Shown piece after piece: positions 24,245-33,070 of a stretch of 64,000 bases of DNA. Source of the stretch: Thioalkalivibrio paradoxus (GTDB taxonomy: Bacteria; Pseudomonadota; Gammaproteobacteria; Ectothiorhodospirales; Ectothiorhodospiraceae); assembly GCA_011390565.1 (NCBI GenBank), contig JAABSC010000010.1:3107-67106 (forward strand), read 5' to 3'. Each line of letters starts with the position of its first letter. Positions within the stretch are counted from its first letter, which is position 1. The translations under genes were made by a program, and so were the position numbers. Under the pieces are notes generated by a model. It was not told where the DNA came from and ran no database searches. It saw only the letters and a program-made list of their open reading frames with translations.

Positions 24245-25075
24245 ATGACGGCCGCGGTCGAGACGCCGGATCCGGAGAGCGCGGTCGAGGCCGATTGGGC
24301 CTGCCGCGTGAACGGGTCGCCCTTGGGTGAGCTGCCCGCGGATCTCTACATTCCTCCCGATGCACTCGAAGTGTTCCTCGAATCCTTCGAGGGACCGCTG
24401 GACCTGCTGCTGTACCTGATCCGGCGCCAGAACCTCGATATTCTCGCGATCCCGATCGCCGAAATCACCCGTCAGTACATGGCCTACATCGAGGTCATGC
24501 AGGCGTTGCGGCTGGAGCTTGCCGGTGAATATCTGGTCATGGCGGCGCTGCTGGCCGAGATCAAGTCACGCATGCTGCTGCCGCGGCCCTCGGCCGCGAG
24601 CGAGGATTCCGACGAGGACCCGCGCCTCGCGCTGATCCGCCAGCTGCAGGAGTACGAGCGTTTCAAGACGGCCGCGGAGCGTCTGGAAGCGATGCCGCGG
24701 ATGGACCGTGATGTCTTCCACGCGCAGGCCTCCCGGGACGCCCTGGAGGCCCCCCCGCCGCCCGCGCCCGAACTGGAGGAACTGCTCGAGGCACTGGTGG
24801 GAGTTCTCCGCAGGGCCACGCTGCGCAGCCATCATCAGATCAGCTCCGAGGCATTGTCGGTGCGCGAACGCATGGCACGCATCCTGGAGAAGCTGGAACA
24901 CGACGCGTTCGTGGAATTCACGAGCCTGCTGACGGGCGTCGAGGGCCGCCCCGGTGTGGTGGTCTCGTTTCTTGCCGTGCTCGAGCTGAGCAAGGCAGGA
25001 TTACTGGAGTGGGGCCAGGGGGACCCTTACGGGCCGATTCAGGTCCGGCGCCGGCGTACAGGGGAAGACGCATGA
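24245..25075 (+). CDS. scpA: Segregation and condensation protein A (kleisin)
   Basis: FEGPLDLLLYLIRRQNLDI, AEIKSRMLLP, FLAVLEL. Confidence 0.95.
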   Translation: MTAAVETPDPESAVEADWACRVNGSPLGELPADLYIPPDALEVFLESFEGPLDLLLYLIRRQNLDILAIPIAEITRQYMAYIEVMQALRLELAGEYLVMAALLAEIKSRMLLPRPSAASEDSDEDPRLALIRQLQEYERFKTAAERLEAMPRMDRDVFHAQASRDALEAPPPPAPELEELLEALVGVLRRATLRSHHQISSEALSVRERMARILEKLEHDAFVEFTSLLTGVEGRPGVVVSFLAVLELSKAGLLEWGQGDPYGPIQVRRRRTGEDA

Positions 25076-25740
25076 CCGAGCGGGACGAACGGGAACACAC
25101 GGAAACGGACACGCCCGGTCTGGACGGCCTGGAGCTGGTGTTGGAAGCCGTGCTGTTCGCCGCCTCCGAGCCCCTGCGGATGCAGGATCTCGTCGCGGCC
25201 TGCACGGGTATGGAGGGCGTCGGCCACGGAGAGGTCGAGGCGGCGCTGCAGCGTCTGGCCGAACACTATCGGGACCGTTCGCTGGAACTGGTGCGTTCCG
25301 CGAGTGGCTTCCGCTTCCGGGTCCGGCAGCGTTTTTCGTCGCATGTGCAGGCGTCCCTTCCGGAGCGGCCGCCGCGGCTCTCTCGTGCGCTGCTGGAAAC
25401 ACTGGCGATCATCGCCTACCGGCAGCCGGTCACCCGGGCGGAAATCGAGGACATCCGGGGGGTGGCGGTCAGTACACAGATCATGCGCAACATCCTCGAA
25501 CGGGAATGGGTGCATGTGGTGGGGCACAAGGAGGTTCCCGGGCGTCCCGCGCTCTACGCGACCACCCGGACCTTTCTGGACGACCTCGGTCTGTCGCGGC
25601 TCGATGAGCTTCCACCGCTGGATGCGTTGCGGGAGCTGGTCGATCCGCCCGTGGAGGCGGATAGTGACGAAGGGCCTTCCGGCGGCGCCGCGGATGGCGC
25701 GTCTTCCGACGAGACTGCGGAGCACCCGACGCTGCAGTAA
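25072..25740 (+). CDS. scpB: SMC-Scp complex subunit ScpB
   Basis: LEAVLFAASEPL, LSRALLETLAIIAYRQPVTR, GRPALYATT. Confidence 0.95.
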   Translation: MTERDEREHTETDTPGLDGLELVLEAVLFAASEPLRMQDLVAACTGMEGVGHGEVEAALQRLAEHYRDRSLELVRSASGFRFRVRQRFSSHVQASLPERPPRLSRALLETLAIIAYRQPVTRAEIEDIRGVAVSTQIMRNILEREWVHVVGHKEVPGRPALYATTRTFLDDLGLSRLDELPPLDALRELVDPPVEADSDEGPSGGAADGASSDETAEHPTLQ

Positions 25741-26092
25741 ACCGATGCCGTTCGTGGGCCATGCCGAAAGTGCCGGTACCCGCTCGCTTCGCCGGAAGCG
25801 CCGGTGCTGCGTTGGGCCCGTTTGAAACAGGGTGGTGGTTCCGGCACTTGCCCGCCTTGCTTCGGCAGTTCTGGCTGTGCTCCATCGTCATCGAACTCCC
25901 CGCATGGTCCACTCGTGTCCCGAGTCAGGACCCCCGCGCGGCACGGGCAAAATCTGAATCCTGATCTATAGTTGTCCGGGAGCCGCCGGGTTGTCCGATC
26001 CGGCGGAGTCTGGGCGCACGGCCCGGGCATGCACCGTACGACCCGTGTATCCGGGTCTCGCCATGGCCCCATGCACGGAGGATCAGCAGCGG

Positions 26093-26506
26093 ATGTCGGA
26101 AAAGGCCTTTGAGCTGAGCAAACGGGTCGGCCTGAAGATGGCCGAGACATTCAAACTCGGCATCCTGTTCGTGGCGGGGTTCTCGATTCTCTGGGCGACC
26201 ATCATCGAGATCGGAAAGTTCGTCGGCGCCGGCGGCCCGGATCTCGGCGATGTGCTGATGCTTTTCCTCCTGATCGAGCTTGCGGCGATGGTCGCGATCT
26301 ATTTCAAAAGCAACCGCCTCTCCGTCCGGTTTCTCGTCTACATCGCCATCACGGCCCTGACCCGCGTGCTCGTCGTCGACGTCAAGTACATGGAGAACAC
26401 CAAGATCGTCGTGCTGGTGGGGGCGATCTTCATCCTTACGCTGGGCGTGCTGATCCTGCGTGGCTGCGAGGTATGGTTCGGGCAGGACGAGGAATCAAGG
26501 GAGTGA
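26093..26506 (+). CDS. PsiE-family membrane protein, copy 1
   Basis: DVLMLFLLIEL, VRFLVYIAITALTR; start at ATG 26093. Confidence 0.8.
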   Translation: MSEKAFELSKRVGLKMAETFKLGILFVAGFSILWATIIEIGKFVGAGGPDLGDVLMLFLLIELAAMVAIYFKSNRLSVRFLVYIAITALTRVLVVDVKYMENTKIVVLVGAIFILTLGVLILRGCEVWFGQDEESRE

Positions 26507-26513
26507 AGGGGGG

Positions 26514-27026
26514 TCACTCCTTCAGCCGCGGCATCAGCATCGTCAGGTTGCAGGGACGGGTCCCCGCGTCGAGTTGCGTGACAATGATGCGGTTCCAGGC
26601 GGTTTCGCAGGCGTTGCGTGAACCCGGCAGCACGAAGATGAAGGTACCGTTGGCGACACCGGACAGGGCCCGGGACTGCAGGCTGGAAGTCCCGATTTCT
26701 TCGTAGGAAAGCTGTCGAAAAAGCTCCCCGAAACCGCTGATTTCCTTGTCAAGTAACGGGCTGATGGCCTCGGGTGTTCCGTCCCGCCCGGTGATCCCCG
26801 TACCTCCTGTGGTGAGAATGCAGTCGATGCCGGGATCGGCGATCCAGGCCGAGACCGTGGCCCGGATGGCGTAGAGATCGTCGCGAACCAGCTGTCGATC
26901 CGCCAGCGCGTGGCCGGCGGCGGCCAGCCGTTCGGCCAGAGCGTCGCCCGAGCGATCCTCGGCGAGGCTGCGACTGTCGGAAACGGTCAGCACGGCAATC
27001 CGGAGCGGTGTGGTTGCGGCAGTCAT
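26514..27026 (-). CDS. moaB: Molybdenum cofactor biosynthesis protein B
   Basis: [39 protein letters not shown]. Confidence 0.93.
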   Translation of the reverse strand: MTAATTPLRIAVLTVSDSRSLAEDRSGDALAERLAAAGHALADRQLVRDDLYAIRATVSAWIADPGIDCILTTGGTGITGRDGTPEAISPLLDKEISGFGELFRQLSYEEIGTSSLQSRALSGVANGTFIFVLPGSRNACETAWNRIIVTQLDAGTRPCNLTMLMPRLKE

Positions 27027-27085
27027 GGAGCGGTCCTTTTCGTGTATCGTCGCGGGGATGATAGACAGCCTTGGCGAGCCTTGAA

Positions 27086-27898
27086 ATGGCGGAGCGGTTA
27101 CAGAAATACCTGGCGTCCCGTGGCTTGGGTTCGCGGCGCGAGATCGAAGCGTGGATCTCGCGTGGAGAAGTGCAGGTCAACGGCCGGGTTGCGCAACTGG
27201 GGGACCAGGTGGAGCCGACGGACGTCATCCGCGTTCGGGGGCGCCCGGTGGCCGGAGGCGAGCGTTCCCATCGCTGGATCGCGTATCACAAGCCGGAAGG
27301 CGAAATCTGCAGCCGCTCCGATCCGGAAGGTCGCCCCAGCGTGTTTGCCGCGTTGCCCCGCCTGCGCGGGCAGCGTTGGGTGTCCGTGGGGCGTCTGGAT
27401 CTCAATACGTCCGGCCTGCTGTTGTTCACCACCGATGGTGCACTGGCGCACGCGTTGATGCACCCGTCCACGGGGCTGGTGCGTGAATACGCGGTACGCG
27501 TTCTGGGCGAGATTCCGACAGAGGTGCAGGAAGGCCTGCTTCGCGACGTCGAACTGGAGGATGGGCCGGCTCATTTCGACACCCTGCGGGCCGCGGGCGG
27601 CGAGGGTGCCAACCACTGGTTCCATGTCACCGTCGGCGAGGGCCGTAACCGGCTCGTGCGGCGGCTGTGGGAAGCGGCCGGCGTAACCGTGAGCCGGCTG
27701 ATCCGGGTGCGCTACGGACCGGTCGAGTTGGGTCGCGGTCTGCGCAGTGGTCGTTTTCGGGACCTGGAGCCCATGGAAGTCCGGGCGTTGTATGATGCCG
27801 CTGGGTTGCGGGTTCCGGCGCCGGCGAGCCCGTCGCGTCGAGGTTCCGGTTCCGGGGCGGCCCGGAAAACTCGACGGCCCGGGGCCAAGGGGCGCTAG
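27086..27898 (+). CDS. rluB: 23S rRNA pseudouridine synthase B
   Basis: S4 domain ERLQKYLA, HKPEGEICSRSDPEGR, GRLDLNTSGLLL, GRNRLVRR. Confidence 0.9.
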   Translation: MAERLQKYLASRGLGSRREIEAWISRGEVQVNGRVAQLGDQVEPTDVIRVRGRPVAGGERSHRWIAYHKPEGEICSRSDPEGRPSVFAALPRLRGQRWVSVGRLDLNTSGLLLFTTDGALAHALMHPSTGLVREYAVRVLGEIPTEVQEGLLRDVELEDGPAHFDTLRAAGGEGANHWFHVTVGEGRNRLVRRLWEAAGVTVSRLIRVRYGPVELGRGLRSGRFRDLEPMEVRALYDAAGLRVPAPASPSRRGSGSGAARKTRRPGAKGR

Positions 27899-27951
27899 AA
27901 TCCGTACGTATCGTTTCCGAGCGAGTCGCTGTGAGCGGGGAGCCACCACGG

Positions 27952-28392
27952 ATGATGAAAGCTGAAAAACTGGGTCACCGGGCGCTGCAATTCACCGAAG
28001 TCGCCGTACTCGCCGTGATTGCGGTGGCTACCGTGATCGCGATCCTGCAGGAGATCGCGTTCATGGTCGGGAACCGGGAGGTCACGCTTGCCGACCTGCT
28101 GCTGCTGTTCATTTTCCTCGAAGTCCTGGCCATGGTCGGGATCTACCTGAAATCCGGCCGCCTGCCGGTGCGTCTGCCGCTGTACATCGCAATCGTGGCC
28201 CTGGCCCGTTACATCATCATCGACATGAAGGCGATGGATTTCTGGGAGATGCTGGCGGTTTCGCTGGGGATTCTGCTGATCACGGTGGCGATCCTGATCC
28301 TGCGCTACGGGCATACCCGCTATCCCTATACCGATGAGGGCGGCCCGGGGGCTGAACCCCCGATCTCGAGGAGAGAGCGCTCGGAACCGTGA
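27952..28392 (+). CDS. PsiE-family membrane protein, copy 2
   Basis: ADLLLLFIFLEVLAMV, LPVRLPLYIAIVALARY. Confidence 0.85.
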   Translation: MMKAEKLGHRALQFTEVAVLAVIAVATVIAILQEIAFMVGNREVTLADLLLLFIFLEVLAMVGIYLKSGRLPVRLPLYIAIVALARYIIIDMKAMDFWEMLAVSLGILLITVAILILRYGHTRYPYTDEGGPGAEPPISRRERSEP

Positions 28393-29306
28393 CCCGGGCG
28401 ATTCAGGTACTGGTCCCCGGCCTCTGGAGGTCCAGCGCGCAGGCTCCGGAGGTGCCGCTGCCGCGCACACTGGCGCGGATCGCGGGCCGGGCACGCGCCG
28501 AACCGACCGTCGACACCGGATGGGAAACCGAACTCGCACACGCGTTGGGTTTCCGTCAGCCGACCGCGGGCGAACGCCGATGGCTGGCGGTTCCGGTGAG
28601 CCTCGCGCCTGGCATGACAGACCTTGTCGCCACGCGGGTGGAGGACCTCGACGCGGGAGAGATCGAAGCTCTTTGGGAGGCCGCTCGCCCCGAACTGGAT
28701 TTGGCCGGTGCGGCCCCTGAGGAGCGGTTTCCGGGTCTGCACCTGCTGGTCATGGCGGGTGAGGGGCGCTGGGAGGGGGTTCCGCCTTCCGTGGGGCTGG
28801 GGCATTCGATGCAGGCGCTGCGGCTGGACAGCCCGGTCTATCGCCGCTTGCAGGTGCTCGCCAACAACCTCCAGATGGCCTGGTTCGATCATGCCGTCAA
28901 CCGGTCACGCGTCGCGGCGGGTCAGGCTCCGGTGCAGGGACTCTGGCTCTGGTCTCCGGGGCTGCCCAGCGAGGCGCCGACCGTGCGGCACGTGGCGGGA
29001 GGGGGGTTGCTCGCGCGTTGGCTTGCGGAACAGGTGCAGGTGACCTGGTCCGCCGATCCGCTCGACCCGGATGCCGACTTCACCGTACTCGACGTCTTCC
29101 TGTCTGCGCGGTCGTCGGACCGGTTCGCGGGGCTTCTGCAATCGCTTTCCGACGACGTGCTGGAGAAGCGGATCGCGCGCGTGCGCCGCGACCCCTCGCT
29201 TGCACTGGTGGTGCACGATCCGGGTGTGGCGCGGTTGCGCCTCAACCGTCGGGACTGGCGCCGATTCTGGATCCGGGCGCGTGGCCTGGTCCCGGCTCGG
29301 GCCTGA
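28389..29306 (+). CDS. Hypothetical protein, resembles RpfE-type / phosphoglycerate mutase-related proteins
   Basis: GTG overlaps the preceding stop; LANNLQMAWFDHAVN...VQGLWLW resembles the NEIQMLLHxHPVN...NSLWxW block of that family (recalled, not searched). Confidence 0.6.
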   Translation: MTRAIQVLVPGLWRSSAQAPEVPLPRTLARIAGRARAEPTVDTGWETELAHALGFRQPTAGERRWLAVPVSLAPGMTDLVATRVEDLDAGEIEALWEAARPELDLAGAAPEERFPGLHLLVMAGEGRWEGVPPSVGLGHSMQALRLDSPVYRRLQVLANNLQMAWFDHAVNRSRVAAGQAPVQGLWLWSPGLPSEAPTVRHVAGGGLLARWLAEQVQVTWSADPLDPDADFTVLDVFLSARSSDRFAGLLQSLSDDVLEKRIARVRRDPSLALVVHDPGVARLRLNRRDWRRFWIRARGLVPARA

Positions 29307-29346
29307 ATCATGTGTACACGGGAGTTCTGACCCGCCGGGTCTGGCT

Positions 29347-29355
29347 TGCTATACT
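29347..29355 (+). promoter_or_regulatory. Candidate extended -10 promoter (TGnTATACT) for prfB
   Basis: TGCTATACT ends 29 nt upstream of the prfB ATG. Confidence 0.45.
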
Positions 29356-29384
29356 GCTCGGCTTTTCCGCCCGGATCGATTGCC

Positions 29385-30480
29385 ATGGAACTGAACCCGC
29401 ACTATTCGCTGATCGCCGACCTGCGAGGCCGTCTGGATGGCCTCAGGGGGTATCTTTGACTTCGCTGCCCGAGAGGAACGGCTGGAGGAAGTGCAGCGCG
29501 AGCTGGAAGTGCCCGATGTTTGGAATGACCCCGAGCGCGCCCAGGCCCTAGGCAAGGAGCGGTCCCAGCTCGAGGCGGTGGTGCTGAACATCCGCAGCAT
29601 CGAAGGCAAACTCGACGACAGCCAGGAGTTGCTGGAGATGGCCGAGGCTGACGACGACGCGGACACGGTCGCCGCAGTGGTCAGCGATATCGACCAATTG
29701 AACACGGAGGTCGAGAAGCTCGAGTTCCGGCGCATGTTCTCCGGGGAGATGGATCCCGCGAATGCTTTTGTCGATATACAGGCGGGTTCCGGTGGTACCG
29801 AGGCTCAGGACTGGGCGGAGATCCTGCTGCGCATGTACCTGCGCTGGGGCGAGCGTCGCGGGTTCAGGACCGAGATCATCGAACTGTCGGAAGGGGAGGT
29901 CGCGGGCATCAAGAGTGCGACCGTGAAATTCGAGGGCGAGTACGCGTTCGGCTGGCTGCGCACCGAGATCGGGGTGCATCGACTGGTCCGCAAGTCGCCC
30001 TTCGATTCCGGAAACCGCCGGCATACCTCGTTTGCGGCGGTTTTCGTGTCGCCGGAAGTCGACGACTCCTTCGAGATCGAGATCAATCCGGCCGACCTCA
30101 AGGTCGATACCTATCGCGCGAGCGGCGCCGGTGGACAGCACGTGAACCGGACCGAGTCGGCGATCCGTATCACGCACATGCCTTCGGGCATTGTCGTGGC
30201 GTGCCAGAACGACCGGTCCCAGCACAAGAACCGGGACACGGCGATGAAGCAGCTGAAGGCGAAGCTCTACGAAATGGAAATGCAGAAGCGCAATGCCGAA
30301 AAACAGGCGGTGGAGGATACGAAATCCGACATCGGCTGGGGCAGCCAGATTCGTTCCTACGTACTGGATCAATCCAGAATCAAGGATTTGAGAACTGGAG
30401 TTGAAGTGGGTAATACGCAGGGCGTCCTGGATGGCGATCTCGACCCCTTCATCGAAGCCAGCCTGAAGAGTGGACTGTGA
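29385..30480 (+). CDS. prfB: Peptide chain release factor 2, expressed via programmed +1 frameshift
   Basis: ORF1 MELNPH...RGYL* from 29385 joins the +1 frame at CTT TGA C; SPF and GAGGQ motifs. Confidence 0.97.
29445..29460 (+). promoter_or_regulatory. RF2 programmed frameshift site
   Basis: AGGGGG TAT CTT TGA C: internal SD-like sequence followed by the CTT-TGA-C slippery site. Confidence 0.96.
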
Positions 30481-31994
30481 TGAACCCTGACTCGCACGCG
30501 GAAGGGGATCGCACGGTCGATGAGAACAAGCTGATCGCGCAGCGCCGGGAAAAACTGCAGGCCCTGCGCGCCGAAGGGCCGGCCTTCCCGAATGACTTCC
30601 GGCGCGACAGCCTCGCCGCGGACCTGCACGCGCAGCACGACGATGCCGAACCCGAGACGCTGCAGGCGGCCGGGATCGAGGTGGTGGTGGCCGGACGCAT
30701 GCTGGCCAAGCGGGTCATGGGCAAGGCGAGCTTTGCAAGCCTGCGCGACCTGTCCGGGGACATCCAGCTGTTCGTGCAGCGCGATGCCTTGCCGGACGGC
30801 GTGTACGCCGCGTTCAGGCAGTGGGACCTGGGGGACGTGCTGGGCGCACGCGGCACATTGTTCAGGACCCGGACCGGGGAACTGTCGATCCAGGTGTCCG
30901 AACTGCGTCTGCTGACCAAGAGCCTGCGACCGCTGCCGGAGAAGTTTCACGGGCTCGCGGACCAGGAGACCCGCTACCGTCAGCGCTATGTCGACCTGAT
31001 CACCTCGACGGAAACCCGGGACCTGTTCCGCACGCGGACCCGGATCATCCAGTACATCCGCGAATATTTCACGACGGCCGGCTTCCTCGAAGTCGAGACC
31101 CCGATGATGCAGGCGATTCCGGGCGGTGCCACCGCGCGGCCGTTCATCACGCACCACAATGCCCTCGACATGGACCTCTACCTGCGCATCGCGCCCGAGC
31201 TGTACCTGAAGCGGCTGGTGGTGGGCGGGTTCGAAAAGGTGTTCGAGATCAACCGGAATTTCCGCAACGAGGGGCTCTCCACCCGGCACAACCCCGAATT
31301 CACGATGCTCGAATTCTACGAGGCGTTCGTGACCCATCACGAGTTGATGGACCGTACCGAAGAACTGATGCGGGGTCTCTGCCGCGACGTGCTCGGCACC
31401 ACGGAGATCGAGTACCAGGGCGAGACGCACGATTTCGGCTCCCCGTTTGCCCGGATGAGCGTGCGCGAGGCGATCCGGGCGTTCAATGACGACATCTCCG
31501 AGGCCGACCTCGAGGACGTCGACGCGATGCGGGGGCACTGCGCGCGGCTGGAGATTCCGGTCAAGCCCGGATACGGACGGGGCAAGCTCTGGCTCGAGGT
31601 GTTCGAGAAGACCGTGGAGACCCGGCTGCGCCACCCGACGTTCATCACCGGGTACCCGACCGAGGTTTCGCCGCTGGCGCGGCGCAGCGATGCGGATCCC
31701 TTCGTGACGGACCGCTTCGAGTTCTTCGTCGGCGGGCGCGAGATCGCCAATGGTTTCTCGGAGCTCAACGACCCCGAGGATCAGGCCGAGCGCTTCCGGG
31801 CGCAGGTCGAGGACAAGGAGGCCGGCGACCTCGAGGCGATGCATTACGACGCCGACTACATCCGGGCGCTGGAGTATGGCCTGCCGCCGACTGCGGGCGA
31901 GGGCATCGGGATCGATCGGCTGGTGATGCTGCTGACCGACTCGCCGTCGATCCGCGACGTCCTGCTGTTCCCCCACCTTCGCCCCGAATCCTGA
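30477..31994 (+). CDS. lysS: Lysine--tRNA ligase (class II)
   Basis: [47 protein letters not shown] (start GTG 30477 or ATG 30480). Confidence 0.98.
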   Translation: MMNPDSHAEGDRTVDENKLIAQRREKLQALRAEGPAFPNDFRRDSLAADLHAQHDDAEPETLQAAGIEVVVAGRMLAKRVMGKASFASLRDLSGDIQLFVQRDALPDGVYAAFRQWDLGDVLGARGTLFRTRTGELSIQVSELRLLTKSLRPLPEKFHGLADQETRYRQRYVDLITSTETRDLFRTRTRIIQYIREYFTTAGFLEVETPMMQAIPGGATARPFITHHNALDMDLYLRIAPELYLKRLVVGGFEKVFEINRNFRNEGLSTRHNPEFTMLEFYEAFVTHHELMDRTEELMRGLCRDVLGTTEIEYQGETHDFGSPFARMSVREAIRAFNDDISEADLEDVDAMRGHCARLEIPVKPGYGRGKLWLEVFEKTVETRLRHPTFITGYPTEVSPLARRSDADPFVTDRFEFFVGGREIANGFSELNDPEDQAERFRAQVEDKEAGDLEAMHYDADYIRALEYGLPPTAGEGIGIDRLVMLLTDSPSIRDVLLFPHLRPES

Positions 31995-32018
31995 AGCGAC
32001 CGGTCCATCAGGGGGCAG

Positions 32019-32027
32019 TGATATAGT
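32019..32027 (+). promoter_or_regulatory. Candidate extended -10 promoter for the small Cys-rich ORF and HAD gene
   Basis: TGATATAGT, followed by a GGAGG SD at 32046-32050. Confidence 0.4.
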
Positions 32028-32060
32028 GGGGATGCGTCGGAATTCGGAGGTGGATGCGCG

Positions 32061-32264
32061 ATGAGCGGTTGGGGTTGTCCTCATGAAGTCCGCGGGGAGT
32101 GCCAACACGTACTGGGCCGCACGTGCGAGCCGGGCATGAAGGGCTGTGTGCTCGCCGGGCGTTTCCTGTTCAGCGACCCGGAAAAGAATACCGCCCGGAT
32201 GCGCCGGGAGAAGGGCGGTGAGGAGCCGCGTCGGCCCGTCCGTGGACACAGCGGTCGCGACTGA
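32061..32264 (+). CDS. Small Cys-rich hypothetical protein (67 aa)
   Basis: GGAGG SD 10 nt upstream; four cysteines in MSGWGCPHEVRGECQHVLGRTCEPGMKGCVL. Confidence 0.7.
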   Translation: MSGWGCPHEVRGECQHVLGRTCEPGMKGCVLAGRFLFSDPEKNTARMRREKGGEEPRRPVRGHSGRD

Positions 32265-33000
32265 CCGCCACCGCGCGGTCCTGTTCGACGCGGCGGGAAC
32301 CCTGTTTCGATTGCGGACTCCGGTGGGCGCGGTCTATGCGGACGCAGCGCTGGCCCATGGACTCTCCCCGTGCCCCGATCTCGCGCAGCGCATCGAGCAG
32401 GGCTTCCACACGCAGTTCCCGGCGATGCCGCGTCCCCGCTACCGGCCCGGCGATCTCGCCCACAACGAGGCCGAGGATCGGCGTTGGTGGCGGCAGCTGG
32501 TGCGGCGGGTGATGCAGGATTTCGGGCCGCTCGACTTCGACCCCTTTTTCGACACGGTGTACGCCATGTTCGCACGCGCCGACGCCTGGGAACTCTTTCC
32601 GGAGGTTCCGGGCGTGCTTCGGGAACTGCGGCGGCGCGGCTTGCGACTGGCGATCGTCTCGAACTTCGATGCCCGTCTGCTGCCCGTCTGTGAAGGCCTG
32701 GGCCTGAGCAAGCGGGTCGATACCATCACCTATGCGGCCGAGGCCGGCGCGGCCAAGCCGGACGCCGGGATCTTTGCGCTGGTCCTGCGTCGGCTGGACC
32801 TGGATGCACGGGCTGCCCTGCACGTCGGTGATTCCCGGGAAGAGGATGTCGAGGGAGCGCACGCCGCAGGTATCGACGCGCTCTGGCTACACCGGGAGCC
32901 GTCTGAGCCCCGAGACCGTCGGCCCTCATCCGGGATCGCCGCAATCCCCGATCTGCGTGCCCTGATCGCCGGACCCCAAACCGACGAAACCGGGGTCTGA
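32242..33000 (+). CDS. HAD-IA family hydrolase
   Basis: VLFDAAGTL, IVSNFD, AKPDAGIF, HVGDSREED; GTG start 32242 is inferred. Confidence 0.88.
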   Translation: MDTAVATDRHRAVLFDAAGTLFRLRTPVGAVYADAALAHGLSPCPDLAQRIEQGFHTQFPAMPRPRYRPGDLAHNEAEDRRWWRQLVRRVMQDFGPLDFDPFFDTVYAMFARADAWELFPEVPGVLRELRRRGLRLAIVSNFDARLLPVCEGLGLSKRVDTITYAAEAGAAKPDAGIFALVLRRLDLDARAALHVGDSREEDVEGAHAAGIDALWLHREPSEPRDRRPSSGIAAIPDLRALIAGPQTDETGV

Positions 33001-33051
33001 CCCCAGGCTCCAACCGGGGTCTGACCCCGTTTTCGTGTGGGGTCTGACCCC
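32992..33051. repeat. Three copies of the palindrome GGGGTCTGACCCC (REP-like cluster)
   Basis: Copies at 32992-33004, 33016-33028 and 33039-33051, between convergent genes. Confidence 0.92.
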
Positions 33052-33070
33052 GGTTCGGGGTGTCCGCGGG

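Noticed and set aside
25741-26092. Possible small ORF or sRNA in the scpB-psiE gap
   Set aside because: No ORF with a convincing SD and protein-like composition, and no clear hairpin or terminator was found
32992-33051. Palindrome triplet as a mini-CRISPR array
   Set aside because: Repeats are only 13 bp, spacers are 10-11 bp, and no cas genes are present
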